From Selaginella moellendorffii (Eukaryota > Plantae > Lycopodiophyta): a stretch of DNA of 64,000 bases. Of the stretch, positions 11,629 to 25,101 are shown one piece after another. The notes beneath the pieces are model-generated. The model did no database searches, had not been told where the DNA came from, and saw nothing but the letters and a program-made list of their open reading frames with translations. The translations under genes were made by a program, and so were the position numbers. The stretch is from positions 184,069 through 248,068 of the forward strand of contig NW_003314299.1 of the NCBI RefSeq assembly GCF_000143415.4, given 5' to 3'. Each line of letters opens with the position of its first letter. The first letter of the stretch is position 1.

Positions 11629-14600
11629 TGTTAGGCGCCAGCTTTGACTATGTGGTCAACGTTGGTCAAAGGGAGGCTCAAGGGTATATTAAGGCATGTT
11701 AGAGTAAGGGACTTAACCTACCCTAGGGCTCACAGTGGAGCAGCGGCGCAGTGGAGCTTTTGAGGTAGCTTAGGGGTGGTTGGGTGGTGAGGAACCTCAA
11801 GAGGTGGCATAGCATAGTCTAGGGCGACTAGATCTCTATCTTTTTGTGCCGGATTATAACATTGGTATTAGAGGGAGGTTGGTTGCGATGGCCGACCAAG
11901 CTGAATGCTGGAATCCTATTATCAATGGTGGTGCTAACAATGGTGCCGACGAAGTTACGGAGATTTGGACCATTCAAGATGTGATTCATGAGCCCTTAAT
12001 CGAAATCAGCAAGAGATGCAAGACGAGATGCATGGCATGATGGATACCATGCATGGGTGTGTTGAGGCACTTGAGGCTGGACGAGGTAGCGCTCCAAGTA
12101 AGCCTTCTTTGGTAGATCGACTTAAGATTCCAACTTTTTCCGGTGATGGTGGTGTGGACGAGTGTCTCACTTGGCTAGCCAATGTGAAGAAGTTCTTGGC
12201 TGCTAGAGGAACTCTAGATGTAGAGGCTTTAGTGGCTATTCCGATGGTTTTGCGTGATGCGGGTCTTCGATGTGTAAGCTCCTGAGTTTGGACTTCCCGG
12301 GAGGTCACCCAGCTCAGTACTATTCACACCCAAGGACGCTTAACCCCAAATATCCTAAGACCCTTAACCGATTGGAAAAAGGGGTGCACTCTTGTTCATG
12401 AGCCCTTTCCCTCTATATTTGAACCCCATGGATCGTCTCTCGAGTCGTTCTCTTTGGTTGCTTACATGATGGTGGAATTGGCTTGAGGAGTCCTGTGTTG
12501 CGGATAAGAAACCACCAGTGTCTACCATGGATGAGTTTGAGGCTGCTTTCTATTTACGTTTTGCCCCTCATTACGACGTGGAGAATGCTCGTATAGAACT
12601 TTGACATTTCCAGTAAGGGAAAATGACGCTCGGGGACTATATTGAGAAGCTTACTCGCTTAATTAATCATGTTTCAACAAAGGATCCAGATCAAAACAAG
12701 CCCTACTTCATTGATGGCCTACATAGTGAGAGCATGCGGCAACACTTGCGTCATTCTCAGCCTACAAAGAGTTTGGAGGAGCTCTTTGATGCAACTCGTT
12801 GACTTGACAATGACAAGCACAAGTCTCGCAAGCGTTCGTGGAGTCCTTCTGTCGAGAATTGTTGTGATGATCGCCGTGGACACAAGGATGGGAACAAGCA
12901 TCACAAGTTGAAGTCGGTGGTGACTACTTCAGATGCAAAGGGGTCCAAGAAGAAGAAGTTTTTTGTGAAGAATTATAGACAGGGTTGTCATTATTGTGGC
13001 GAACTTGGACACTACAAGACTGATTGTCCGCAGTTGAAGAACAAGTAGTAGAACAAGAAGAATGGCCAATCTTCTTCTCACGGTAAGTCAGATACTAAAA
13101 AGTTGCAAACTTTGCAGTGTGAGGATGAGGAGAACAACCATTCAAGTCAGAGGAAGTGACTTTCGATCGTTGCTCGTCAGCTCAACTGTGTGTGGAATAA
13201 GATGGAGCTTGAGGATACGCGTGAATCAGCTTTAATGCTGGAGGGCATGTTCCATGGCAATCCAATGTGGATTTTATTGGATAGTGGGAGCGATGACAAC
13301 TTTGTTTCGGCAAAGTTTGTTGCAGAGCATGGCCTGGTCACATGTGGAGTTTTTCCATACACAGTGGAAGGTGCAGCTACCTCTACTCAGCATTTCGATG
13401 CTTGTGTCGAGGGGCTGGAAGTGTTGGTTGGCAAAACCACACTTGTGGAGACTTTTTATCTCATGGATATCTATCGTGTGGATTTCATTTTTGGGATGCC
13501 ATGGTTGGTGAAGGTGAATCCCAAGATAAAGTGGAGTATTAAGTGTATCTCACTAGAGTATGGTGGCGTTAAAGATGTGTGGTTTGGCGAGGGCGTTCAA
13601 CCACCAGTTGTTATGCTCTCTGCTACATCTTTGAAGCGGGCTTGTCGTAATAGAAAAACACTTTAGAGTTATTTGTTGTTTGTTTGTGACTTGGGGGATC
13701 CAGGCACATGTGGGGGAGAAGCAGCAGTATGGGATGTACTTGATGAGTTTTTTGATGTTTTTCCATCTGAACTTTCTCATGGATTGCCTCTGTTACGAGG
13801 TGTGGAGCATGGGATTACATTGGAGCTAGGGACGTGGCCAATTTACCGGCATCCATTCAGTTAAGTTATGCAGAGGAGCAAGAAGTTCAACGATAAGTCA
13901 AGGAGTTACTTGAGTTTGGATTTATTCAGCCAAGTAAGTCTCCGTTTGGTGCTTCAGTCTTGCTTGTGAAGAAGAAGGATGGTTCAATACGAATGTGTAT
14001 TGACTACTGCGCTTTAAACAAGAAGACAGTGAAGGACAAAATGCTGATGCCACATGTGGATGATATCCTGGACAAGTTTGGTGAAGCATGAGTGTTTACC
14101 AAGATTGATCTGAGGAGTGGATATCATCAGATTGTAATGGATGATGCATCTATCTCTAAGATGGCATTCAACACAAGCTTCAGACATTTTGAGTTTACAG
14201 TTATGCTGTTTGGTTTGACGAATGCACCGGCCACATTTACTCGGTTGATGACGGAGGTATTTGGGCATTATCTTCATGAGTTTGTGGAGATTTTCTTGGA
14301 TGATATTCTTGTTTTTAGCAAGAATATGGAGGAGTATAGGGTGCATTTGCACAAGGTTCTTTTGTTACTTCGAGATAGCAAACTTTATGCGAAGAAGAGT
14401 AAATGTGAATTTGCAAAGTCGAAGGTGGAATATCTAGGCCATATTGTGACATCTAAGGGTGTCAAGATGGATCCAAGGAAGGTGGCTGTGATGGAAAACT
14501 AGCCTACACCGACTACAGTGGCCGAGTTGCGCAATTTTCTTGGTATGGCTAGTTACTACCAATGTTTTCAGCATAAGTTTGCAGAGGTGGTTATTCCTTT

Positions 14601-15940
14601 GACGCAGTTGTTACGCAAGAATGTGCCATTTGAGTAAAAGAAGCCATAAAAGGAGAGTTTTGTGGCGCTGAAATGATTGTTGAGCGAGACTTCAGTGCTT
14701 CGCATTGCTGATCCATCGAAACTTTACGAGGTGACATGCGATGCGAGTGGTTATGCACTGGGAGGAGTTCTCATGCAAGAGGGATAGGGATGAGAGTTGA
14801 ACTTTGAATTCCGCAGAGCAATGCTATTCCACATATGAGCAAGAGTTACTCTCTATTGTTCATGCTTTGCGGACGTGGCGGCACTATCTTTATGGTGCAG
14901 TGTTTGTGGTGTTGACAGATCACCAACCACTTGTGTATCTTTTTACACAGAAGGAGTTGAACACTTGGCAAGCTCATTGGATGGTCAAACTCATGGAGTT
15001 TGGGGAGTTTCCTATTGAGCATCGTTCGGGAAAAACAAATGTGGTGGCCAATGCTTTATCCCGTGTTTGTCATGTGACGACGTTACAAACACAATTTTGT
15101 CATCATTTGAGTAAGGTGGTTAGCGAGTTTGGGCAGTTGGTTGAGCATGCTCAGGCTCAGGATGCTAAGGTGGCCTTTTTACGAGACCAGATGGAAGCTC
15201 CTTTCTCATTGGTGGATGGGATTCTCTACTACAATGGCTGTGTATAGTTGCTATGGGTGGCATTAATTACTCAAGTTTTATTCCACTATCATGATCATCC
15301 AGAGGCCAGTCATTTTGGGGGGAAGAAGACGTATGAGTTGATTAAGCACAACTTTTATTGGAGGAATGTGAAGGCTGATATCTTCAAGTATTGTAAATCA
15401 TGCGAGCTTTGTCAGCGGGTTAAGGTGCTACGGGAGAAGTCGGGGGGACTTTTGCAACCTTTACCTATTCCTTAGAGCCATTGGTGTAATATCTCTATGG
15501 ACTTCATCACTTGTTTGCCATGAACACAGAGGCAAAAGGAGCAAAGATGGGTCATAGTGGATCGGTTGACGAAGTATGTGTGGTTGTTGGCTCTTCGGAA
15601 GAATGTCATTGCCTCAGACTTGGCTGCGGTTTACTTGGAGAAGGTTTTTCCTAATTTTGGTTTACCAAAGGACATCATTAGTGATCGAGATTCAAAGTTC
15701 ACCAATGGATTTTGGAAAAGCTTTGCAAAGGCTATGCAAATGACTTTGAAACTCTCGAGTGGAGATCATCCTCAGACGGATGGGCAAACCGAGTGTGTGA
15801 ATCAGGTGGTGGAGGATATGCTACGTTGTAGCATTGGTCAAAGGCAAGGATAGTGGGATTTATATCTTTCGTTGGTGCAATTTTCTTACAACAATAGCCA
15901 ACACAGTAGAACCAAGCTAAATCTTTACTTTGCCATGTTT
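11629..15940 (+). mobile_element. Ty3/Gypsy LTR retrotransposon, decayed and 3'-truncated
   Basis: 233-bp 5' LTR (TGTTA...TAACA, 11629-11861) and Met-type PBS TGGTATTAGAG. Coding remnants are gag with CHYCGELGHYKTDC, protease LLDSGS (13190-13666), RT FLDD (14092-14502), RNase H (14804-15247) and integrase HHCC/core (15248-15853). Many stops; no 3' LTR. Confidence 0.92.
12273..12466 (-). mobile_element. Cassandra-like solo LTR containing a 5S rRNA promoter segment
   Basis: Termini TGTAAGC...GCTTACA with TSD CGATG/TGATG. Removing the insert restores gag GLRWWN. The minus strand of 12290-12344 reads GTTAAGCGTCCTTGGGTGTGAATAGTACTGAGCTGGGTGACCTCCCGGGAAGTCC, matching the A-box to C-box region of plant 5S rRNA. 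Confidence 0.85.
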
Positions 15941-17293
15941 GGACACAAGTCCTTAAAATAGTAGTTGGGGCTACCTTTAATAAATGTTGGAACAACCCAA
16001 TGAGTTAGGGATATATTTAGAGGATGAGTTGGTATTCTCATCATATGGACAGATAGTCCTAAGGGGCAAAGGTAGTCTATATGAAACGAAGAATAATTAA
16101 GTGTTAGAATAACATATGCAAAGATGGTTTTGGTGAGGAGGACATGAATACAAGAAGTGGTGTTCTAGTGAGTTAGCACTTCAAAAGCAGTCATGAGACT
16201 AAGACCTTACAGGTCATCAAATTAGCAAAGTCCAAAAACTAAGTGACTAAAGTGGAGTTAAGGAATGGTCCTAAAGAATTGGTGGAAGTATTTCAACTAA
16301 GATGTGTTGTATCTTATGAAGAACATGGAGGATAATGAGATCCAAGTATGAGGATAGTGAGTATCTCATTGAAAGTAAAATGTGCCATACTAAAGTTGTG
16401 GGAAAGGTGTTCCTAGAAGAAAGTAACTTTGGCATGCGCAGAGTATGTGAACACTATAAAGCAATGCTAATTAATAATTAGTATTAGAAACAACTGCTTT
16501 GGTCTTGGCAAGACTTAAACACAAATGGAAAATATCGTGAGAGTAGGCTTATAGAGCCAATGGGGTAGAGACCCCAAATGTCCCAAAGGATGATGCCTTG
16601 ATATCAAGTTGATGGATTCATAAAAACCCCTTGCCAAAGGAACCCCAATGGAAATGGGGTTGGTATACTCTGAATATAGTAGGATTCATGTGTTTGTACC
16701 AAGTATTGATGGAGGTGCAAAAGCATTGGTAAGGAGTTGTAAGACATAATACCTATGAAGCAACTAAATAAGTTAGGAATGATTTGCTAGAATAGTGGGA
16801 GCTAACTTCCAGAGACTTTTTAGTTGGATAAAAACAATGTTAAATACATCTCTTAAGGGGTGTTGTGTTTATGTTGTGATATAGTGAGTTGGTATTAATA
16901 GAAAATGTTTATTGCCGGGGAAGTCCATCATGGAAACATATAAGCACTTTAAAAACACCAAGGAGGTGGTGTTTGGGTATTATAGAGGCATTAGATAAGA
17001 CCCTAGGGATTAAGTCCCTAAAAAATAATGGATAGGAGGTGCTATTTAATATCCAAAGTTGCAAAAAGCTAAAGACGGAAGAAGTTGTTGTGAATGTAAT
17101 TATAGGTATCAAAAGTTATATGTCAGCTAGTCCTTTCAGATATTCTTTCCTTACTGCCACAATAACAAAAGGTTGATATTATTGGATCCTTTATCAATCT
17201 CCATCTAAGCTAGTTGAGAAATTGGTCTTTACATGTGCACTTGGCTAGATGAGCATAAAGATGGAATTCCTAAGTGCTATAAGTCAAGCATAC

Positions 17294-17993
17294 TGTGAGA
17301 CACAAAATCCCGCCCCAAAGTGGAGCTGGAAGGGCGCCACGTGGTAGTGGCCGAAGCGAAAGCCAAATGAGCGTAACACATTTGGACTAAAAGCTCCGAC
17401 TTGGAAGGTCGAGAGCGGGAGAGGAACCCCCAACAAAGTGCTCGAGGAGTGAGCACAAGGCAATCAATAAGCAAGGCTCCAAAAAGGGACCCAAAAAGAA
17501 CCAACACGTGACACGTGGAAGAGTCCAAGATGGAGCAAGATGGAGTCCGAGATAGAGTCCGAGATAGAGTCCGAGATGGACTGAGACGGAGTCCAATATG
17601 GAGTCCGAGATGGAGTCCAAGATGGAGTCTGAGGTGGACCGAGACGGAGTCCGAGATGGAGTCCGAGACGGAGTCCGAGGTGGACCCAGACAGAGTCCGA
17701 GATGGAGTCCGAGATGGAATCCGATATGGAGTCCGAGAGGGAGTCCGAGATGGAGTCCGAGATGGACTGAGACAGAGTCCGAGATGGAGTCCGAGATGGA
17801 CCGAGACAAAGTCCGAGATGGACCGAGACGGAGTCCAAGATGGAGTCCGAGATGGACCCGAGATGGACCCGAGATGGACCCGAGATGCACCCGAGATGGA
17901 CCCGAGATGGAATCCGAGATGGACCCGAGATGGAATCTGAGATGGAGACCGAGAAGGACCCGAGATGGAGTCCGAGGTCGAGACCGAGACCAG

Positions 17994-18032
<39 letters not shown>

Positions 18033-21000
18033 TGAGATCGGGACTGAGACTGAGGACGAGGCCAAGTCTGAGTCCGAGTCCGAGTCCGAGTCCGAGTTCG
18101 AGTCTGAGAGGGTGAAAGCCTAAAGCGTTCGTCTCCCAGACCCTGGGGGGTTTGGTGAGCTCCAAAAGTATAGTGGGGGTTGGAGCCCAGTGGAGCCAGT
18201 TTGGCCAGGAAAGGCCAGTTTGGCCCAGGAAGGCCATACCCAATGTTGGGTGATGAATTGACCACTGGGAAGTCCAAGACTAGAGTGAATACAGACCGAC
18301 AAGCGGGGTAGCTTGGTGAAGTGTTCAAGAGCCGGCTCTAGTTCCCCTGGGAGATTGACTGACCGATGCTCCCAGTTCAAGTGTGGGTGGCACTACCTAC
18401 TTGGATACCTGGTGTGGCTCAACGGAACCTCGCTCTAAGCCCATGGCTAGAGCACCCAAAGGCGGAAGGTGGGGAGAGTACCCATGAGGCTTGCGTAGGG
18501 CCACGGTGTTTCGAAATGTTGTCCCAAAGGCCCAGACTGTGGAAAGGAAGAGGAGTAGTCCTCTGGTGTAGTGACCAAGGATACAGTCGAGTGGTGAGGA
18601 AGTCCTAGAGGACCGTGGGACTTAGTGGTCGGGCCTATGGGCCTCGATCCAGTGGCAATGTTGGCGAACACGGCCATGGGCAGAAAAGGGACTTGGTGAA
18701 GACTGGAAAAGGGATATTGGGGAAGGCTATTCCCCATGTCTGTGGGCATTCTAAGGATGCTAAGGAGTGGATCTGGGATGATCACTTATGGATGGATGGC
18801 CAAGTCTTTGAGTGACAGGACTGGGATGCAGGTGGTGTCTGACCATCGTTGTGACCAAGGTGAATGGGCATGGCCTTAGTGTAATAGGCTGATATGTTGG
18901 TGGTACCTTGGGGTGTCAGTCATGGGATCGGACACGTGGAGCACTTGGACCAAGTGCATAGATTGAGTGGCGGGGATGCCATTTTCGGGGTTAGTAAGCC
19001 CAAGTCCAAAATAGGACTTACGGAGGTTGTGAGTGAGACTCCTTCAAGTGGTCAGAGGTGTGGTTAAGTGACTAAAGTAAAATGGAAAAATTAGTCGCTT
19101 ACAACTTGGTATCGGAGCTGTTCCTTAGTCCGACTTTTATTGGTGGCCTAGTATATCACCGCTTGTATTGGAATCGGAAGGTCCTAGATATGGATCTATC
19201 CTCGAGGAGTAGCATGTCGAAAGGACATGGCTCTCCACTCAAGTTCATGAATGAACTTGTGCACGATATGGTGGATGGAAAAGGGCCAGTAAGGGAATGA
19301 CTTTGGGATCTTGGGAACAGTATAAGGGTTTCCTCAGAGAGCTGAGGATGTGGTCCAGATGAGCGTTTGACGTAGCAAACAAGCTAATGTAGTTGTGGTA
19401 AACAACTATATTTGGGATCATGGGAAAGATGCAGACTCCAAAACAATAAAGGAGTCACAAGATTACCCTTATATAGTTGAGGCTGGTACTCATAAATTTG
19501 AGACCGGAATTGGTGACCGTGGGAGATCAAATATAGAAGAGGACACCGGTCCTTGAAATGGGAGCCGGGGCTACCTTTAATAAATGCTGGAACAACCCAA
19601 GAAGTTCGGGGTGTACTTAAAGATGAGTTGCTATTCTCATCACATGGACAAGTAGTCCTAAGAGGCAAAGGTTAGCCCCAAGAAAATCATCAAGTGTCAG
19701 AGTAACGCTTGCAAAGATTGTCGTTGTGAGTAGGACATGAATACAAGAAGTTGTATTCTAGTGAGTTGGCACCTCTAAGACTGAGGCCTCGCAGGTTGTT
19801 GGATTAGTAAAGACCAAAATGCTGAATGACTCAAGCAGAGTCAGGGAATGGTCCTAAGGGATTGGTTGGAGCATTTGGACTGAGGTGTATGGTGCCCCAT
19901 GAGGTATGGGGAGGATCATAAGATTCAAGTATGAGAACAATAGGTATTTCATTGATGGCAAAATGTGCCATACTAAAGTTGTGGGAAAGATGTTCCCAGA
20001 AGAAAGCAACTTTAGCCCAGAGTTGGGTGCAAACACCATGGTGCGGTGCTAATGGATAGTTAGCATGAGGAACAACTATATTGGTCTTGGCAAAGACCTA
20101 AACACTAATAAATAGTGTCATAAGGGTAAGCTCGTGGGGCCGATGGTGTGGAGACACCAAATGTGCCAAGGTGTGATACCTTGAGGTTATGATGGTGGGT
20201 TCATAAGAACCCCTTGCCAAGGGAATCCCAATGGAAGCGGGAATGGCATGGCCTAAGCTGGAAGGCATGAGGTTGGAGTGTGGTGACCCAGATAATGATG
20301 GAGGTGTGGAAGCACCAAGCAATGAGTTGTAGGACTTGACAACTATGGGGCAACTAAGCAAGAGGTGCAAGATAATTGGTTAAATGGGTAGAAGGTAGCT
20401 ACCCAAGACTTTTTAATGGCATAAGGAAGTTAGATATACCCTTACAGGGGATAAATTACTTATGTTGCAATATAGTAAGTTAATGTCGTAAACGGGAATG
20501 CTCATTGTCAGGAGGCCATCATTGGGACACCCAAACACTCTAGAATACCAGGAGGTGGTGTTTCGTGTCGCAAGGGCAATAAATAAGGCCCAAGGGACTA
20601 AGTCCCTAGCGAATGATGGATAGTAGATGCTATCTAAATATCCAAGGTTGTGGAAACAGGAGAGGACTGTCTACCCGAATTGGACAAAGCCAAAAATGGA
20701 ATTTTGGCAAGGCTAGTGATGGGCATGTAAAGGTCCATAAGCAGCAACGTTAATCCCGATGTGTGGGATTATAAGGTGAGCATGCCCAAGATTGAGGAAC
20801 CACTCCCTAGACTATCGGGTAGGTTCATCTATAAGAATACTTGCTAAGGCATAGTAAAATGTGCAAAGCTATCCTCCTAGTCTGGAGGAGAATAACCAAA
20901 GGAAACATATGGGGCCAAAAGGCAAATAGTATTGGGATGGAATTGAACCATAGAAATCGAAGGGCATATCCAACGGTGGTTATGCAAGTGGGAGTGGAGA

Positions 21001-24000
21001 ATCAAGAGGGTGCTCGAGGATGTTGTTGCTAGCAACCGTGATGCCATGGAGAGTCTAAAATATGGAATTGTCCATGTTAGACTATATGGCAACTATAAAG
21101 CTTGTGAAAAAGGAGGCCTTAGAAGCTAAGGGACAAAGTTTCTTCAAGGTTCCTAAAGACAATTCTAGGTAGTTTAGTACCTAGAGAGGCCTAGTTCATG
21201 GAACGCGCGAAATAAGACTGGCACAACAGAAGCGTGGTCTTGAAGCTTGCCATGAGGCAAGGCTATCAAGGTTAGGGAAGTAGTTCCCGAGTGTTCAAAG
21301 AGAGGGCTTTGAACGAAAGTCGATGGTCAAGGACTTTCACGCTTATGCATGAACCATGTTACAATGGCCAGATGACTTGCCAAGCGAGATTGGCAAGTCA
21401 GGGGAACAAATACCCTAGTTGAAGGTGACAAATTCAAAAAGGGTGGGCCATGGGGCCAAGCATGGAGGAGTCCATGCATAATCACAGACTTGTCAAGTGA
21501 AAGGACTTGGCAGTGTGGAGGAACTAGGTTCCTAAGCTGTGATCTGTAGTGCGCTTTAAATATAAGTTGGTGCACTGGCGTGGGGAGTCACGCCAGGCAT
21601 CCGATGTGATGCCGTCCGTAGATGCATATATGGAGGTTGGGTTCGAGTCCCAACCCTCTAGTGCTTGGGTTCGAGTCCCAAATCACTAGAGCGTGGTGAT
21701 GGTTTGGAATATGAGGACACTCATTTTTCGGTGGTCATGGACTCTCAGTGAGGAGACTGGTTTAGGCACACCAGCAAGCGAGGGATGCCTCGGAGTCGTG
21801 ATGCACAGTTAGATTGCTTAGAGTGAAAGCTCAGCATATCTAACTTGAACACTTTGGTGCAAAGGGCACCAAGGACGTGGTGAATGAGATGGGGACATCT
21901 AATCTCAGTTGCTATAGATCCTTGGCTGGAAGGGCTGGCTTGGGCGCACCGCCAAGTGTGGGGGATGCCCCCGAGGTCATAGTCAACAACATGGAGGGGT
22001 CTAGAAGACCTAATTCCTATGGGTAGACCTATTAAGGGGTCAAGATGAGATCACTAGGTGATCTTATGGCTAAACAAGGACAAAGTCTTTGTTTGGGTTA
22101 AGGAATATGATTCCTAGTTCAAAGTGTTGATTTGAACTATTGATAATCGTGTGGCTTGGTTAAGGTGACCAAGTGGGAAGAACACCTAAGGGAAATGAAC
22201 TATGTCAAGGCTGTGGCATAGTAAGTCCAAGGAAGGTAGTCTCTATAAGAGATCCAAGGGAGGATCTCAAAAGTTGGGCCGTGGATAGAGCCCACAGCAG
22301 AAAATGTTAAAGAGACGTACTAGGGGTGAACACCCTCTGGACTTGGCAAAGCAAAGTGTTTGCTATGGAACTGAAAGAAAACCTTGAAAATGAAGGTAGC
22401 AATTCTATGTTGCTGAGTGCAACAATCAAGGATAGGAGCAAAAGACTAGCGGCTAAGAAAAGAGCCATGGGAATCCTAGGAAAGAATCCAAATGGCAAAG
22501 TTAGGCTGAGAACACTAATGTGTTGGGTGCTAACGGATTGTGGGAAAGGCAATGTTTTCACAAGAGTGAATTCCCAACCGCTCCGATTTGGTGAGGTGGA
22601 TGCTCCAAAGGGGGGAGCGGTAAGGTAGCCAAATAATAGGGCTGTGGGCAGCCCTAGCACCAATTATGATAACTGAAACTTAGTGTCAAAGGTGGCACGA
22701 TATCAGAGGGAGGATGATGGCATCCTCAAGTAAAGAACTTCCTAGGATAGGGAAGTGCATGTGCAATGTAAGGTGTCGGAGACACCTAAGAAATTGACTC
22801 TGAGAAGTCAAAATTAAAAGTTCCAAAGTGCAAGGTTATGTCAATGGAATCTGAGACTACTCGAGAATGAGTAGTGGAATTGAGTTAGAGAGGGAGTCTC
22901 TAACGAGTTTAGCGAGAACTGAACCAATAAAAGGGAGCAAACCACCCTAGGTGGTCGAATGGGTCTCTATGTTGGAGAGACTATACTCCTTAGAGGATAG
23001 ACAAGGCATGGTGCTCCTTTGGTGTCAAACCATAGACAAATATTGGCTGGGTGCCAAGGATGGAACTGGTAATACATGTGGGTGTTACTTTATAAGAGAG
23101 TTTACCGTTCGATGAGGACATCGAACTTCGTCTATAGGTGGTGGAGTTGTGAGACACAAAATCCCTAGGCCCCAAAGTGGAGCCGGAAGGGCGCCACGTG
23201 GTAGTGGCTAAAGCGAAAGCCAAACAAGCGTAACACATTTGGACTAAAAGCTCCGACTTGGAAGGTCGAGAGCGGGAGAGGAACTCTCAACAAAGTGCTC
23301 GAGGAGTGAGCACGAAGCAACCAATAAGTAAGGCTCCAAAAAGGGACCCAAAAAGGACCAACACGTGACACGTGGAAGAGTCCGAGATGGAGCGAGATGG
23401 AGTCCGAGATAGAGTCCGAGATGGACTGAGATGGAGTCCGATATGGAGTCCGAGATGGAGTCCAAGATGGAGTCTGAGGTGGACCGAGACGGAGTCCGAG
23501 ATGGAGTCCGAGACGGAGTCCGAGGTGGACCCAGACGGAGTCCGAGATGGAGTCCGAGATGGAATCCGATATGGAGTCCGAGACGGAGTCCAAGATGGAG
23601 TCCGAGATGGACTGAGACAGAGTCCGAGATGGAGTCCGAGATGGACCAAGACGGAGTCCGAGATGGAGTCCGAGATGGAGTCCGAGGTGGACCGAGGCGG
23701 AGTCCGAGATGGAGTCCGAGATGGACCCAAGATGGAATCCGAGATGGAGTCCGAGAAGGACCCAAGATGGAGTCCGAGGTCGAGACCGAGATCGGGACCA
23801 AGACCGAGACTGAGACCGCGACCGCGACCGAGACCGAGATTGGGACCGAGACCGAGGACGAGGCCGAGTCCGAGTCCGAGTCTGAGTCTGAGAGGGTGAA
23901 AGCCCAAAGCGTTCATCTCCCAGACCCTGGGGGGTTTGGTGAGCTCCAAAAGTATAGTGGGGGTTGGAGCCCAGTGGAGCTAGTTTGGCCAGGAAAGGCC

Positions 24001-24886
24001 AGTTTGGCCCAGGAAGGCCATACCCAGTGTTGGGTGATGAACTGACCACTGGGAAGTCCAAGACTAGAGTGAATATGGACCTACAAGCGGGGTAGCTTGG
24101 TGAAGTGTTCAAGAGCCGGCTCTAGTTCCCCCAAGAGATCGACTGACCGATGCTCCCAGTCCAAGTGTGGGTGGCACTACCTACTTGGATACTTGGTGTG
24201 GCTCAACGGAACCTCGCTCTAAGCCCATGGCTAGAGCACCCAAAGGCGGAAGGCGGGGAGAGTACCCATGAGGCCTGTGTAGGGCCACGGTGTTCCGAAA
24301 TGTTGTCCCAAAGGCCCAGACTGTGGAAAGGAAGAGGAGTAGTCTTTTGGTGTAGTGACTAAGGATACAATCGAGTGGTGAGGAAGTCCTAAAGGACCGT
24401 GGGACTTAGTGATCGGGCCTATGGGCCTCGATCCAATGGCAGTGTTGGCGAACACGGCCATGGCCAGAAAGGGACTTGGTGAAGACCGGAAAAGGGATAT
24501 TGGGGAAGGCTATTCCCCATGTCTGTGGGCATTCTAAGGATGCTAAGGAGTGGATCTGGGATGATCACTTGTGGATGGATGGCCAAGTCTTTGAGTGACG
24601 GGACTGGGATGTAGGTGGTGTCTGACCATCGTTGTGACCAAGGTGAATGGGCATGGCCTTAGCGTAATAGGCTGATATGTTTGTGGTACCTTGGGGTGTC
24701 GGTCATGGGATCGGACACGTGGAGCACTTGGACCAAGTGCATAGGTTGAGTGGCGGGGATGCCATTCTCGGGGTTAGTAAGCCCAAGTCCAAAATAGGAC
24801 TTACGGAGGTTGTGAGTGAGACTCCTTCAAGTGGTCGGAGGTGTGGTTAAGTGACTAAAGTAAAATGGAAAAATTAGTCGCTTACA
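17294..24886 (+). mobile_element. Full-length non-autonomous LTR element (LARD) with ~1.8-kb LTRs and a ~4-kb internal region without recognisable gag/pol
   Basis: LTRs at 17294-19103 and 23148-24886 (TGTGAG...CTTACA). PBS TGGTATCGGAGC at 19107-19118, a purine-rich tract before 23148, and TSD CATAC/TATAC. Confidence 0.9.
17520..18110 (+). repeat. LTR-internal satellite: 12-bp GATGGAGTCCGA variants followed by 6-bp GACCGA/GTCCGA runs
   Basis: Visible tandem array. It recurs at 9800-10100, 23378-23890, 27065-27420 (minus), 54160-54340 and 55725-56230. Confidence 0.95.
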
Positions 24887-25101
24887 TATACTTGACCTGG
24901 TTAGAAAAACTCATTCGTTGACTTGCACTTGCTAGTGTTAGGAACCCCCGTGATATTGAGCTTAGTCCCTTAAAATTCACTAGATGATAGCTTACTATGC
25001 CTGCCAAACACCCTTGCTATCATGCACCTTGTGTTAGTACTATTTGATAAATGCTATTTATGGAAAGTGTTTAAATTTGCTCCTTTGGCATATCTACAGA
25101 A

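Noticed and set aside
12290-12344. Functional 5S rRNA gene
   Set aside because: Only the internal promoter part is present, inside a TSD-flanked LTR.
18246-18275. 5S C-box-like TGGGTGA...TGACCACTGGGAAGTCC in LARD LTRs
   Set aside because: The match is short and gapped with no A-box, so it is insufficient without a statistical test.
17277-18328. Long ORFs with MESE/DSIS/RWSP/HLGL repeats (also 23165-24112, 26943-27638, 55381-56411)
   Set aside because: They are artefacts of the stop-poor 12-bp and 6-bp LTR satellite, which is open in several frames on both strands.
21635-21681. tRNA genes
   Set aside because: Only T-arm-like hairpins are present; no cloverleaf is evident.
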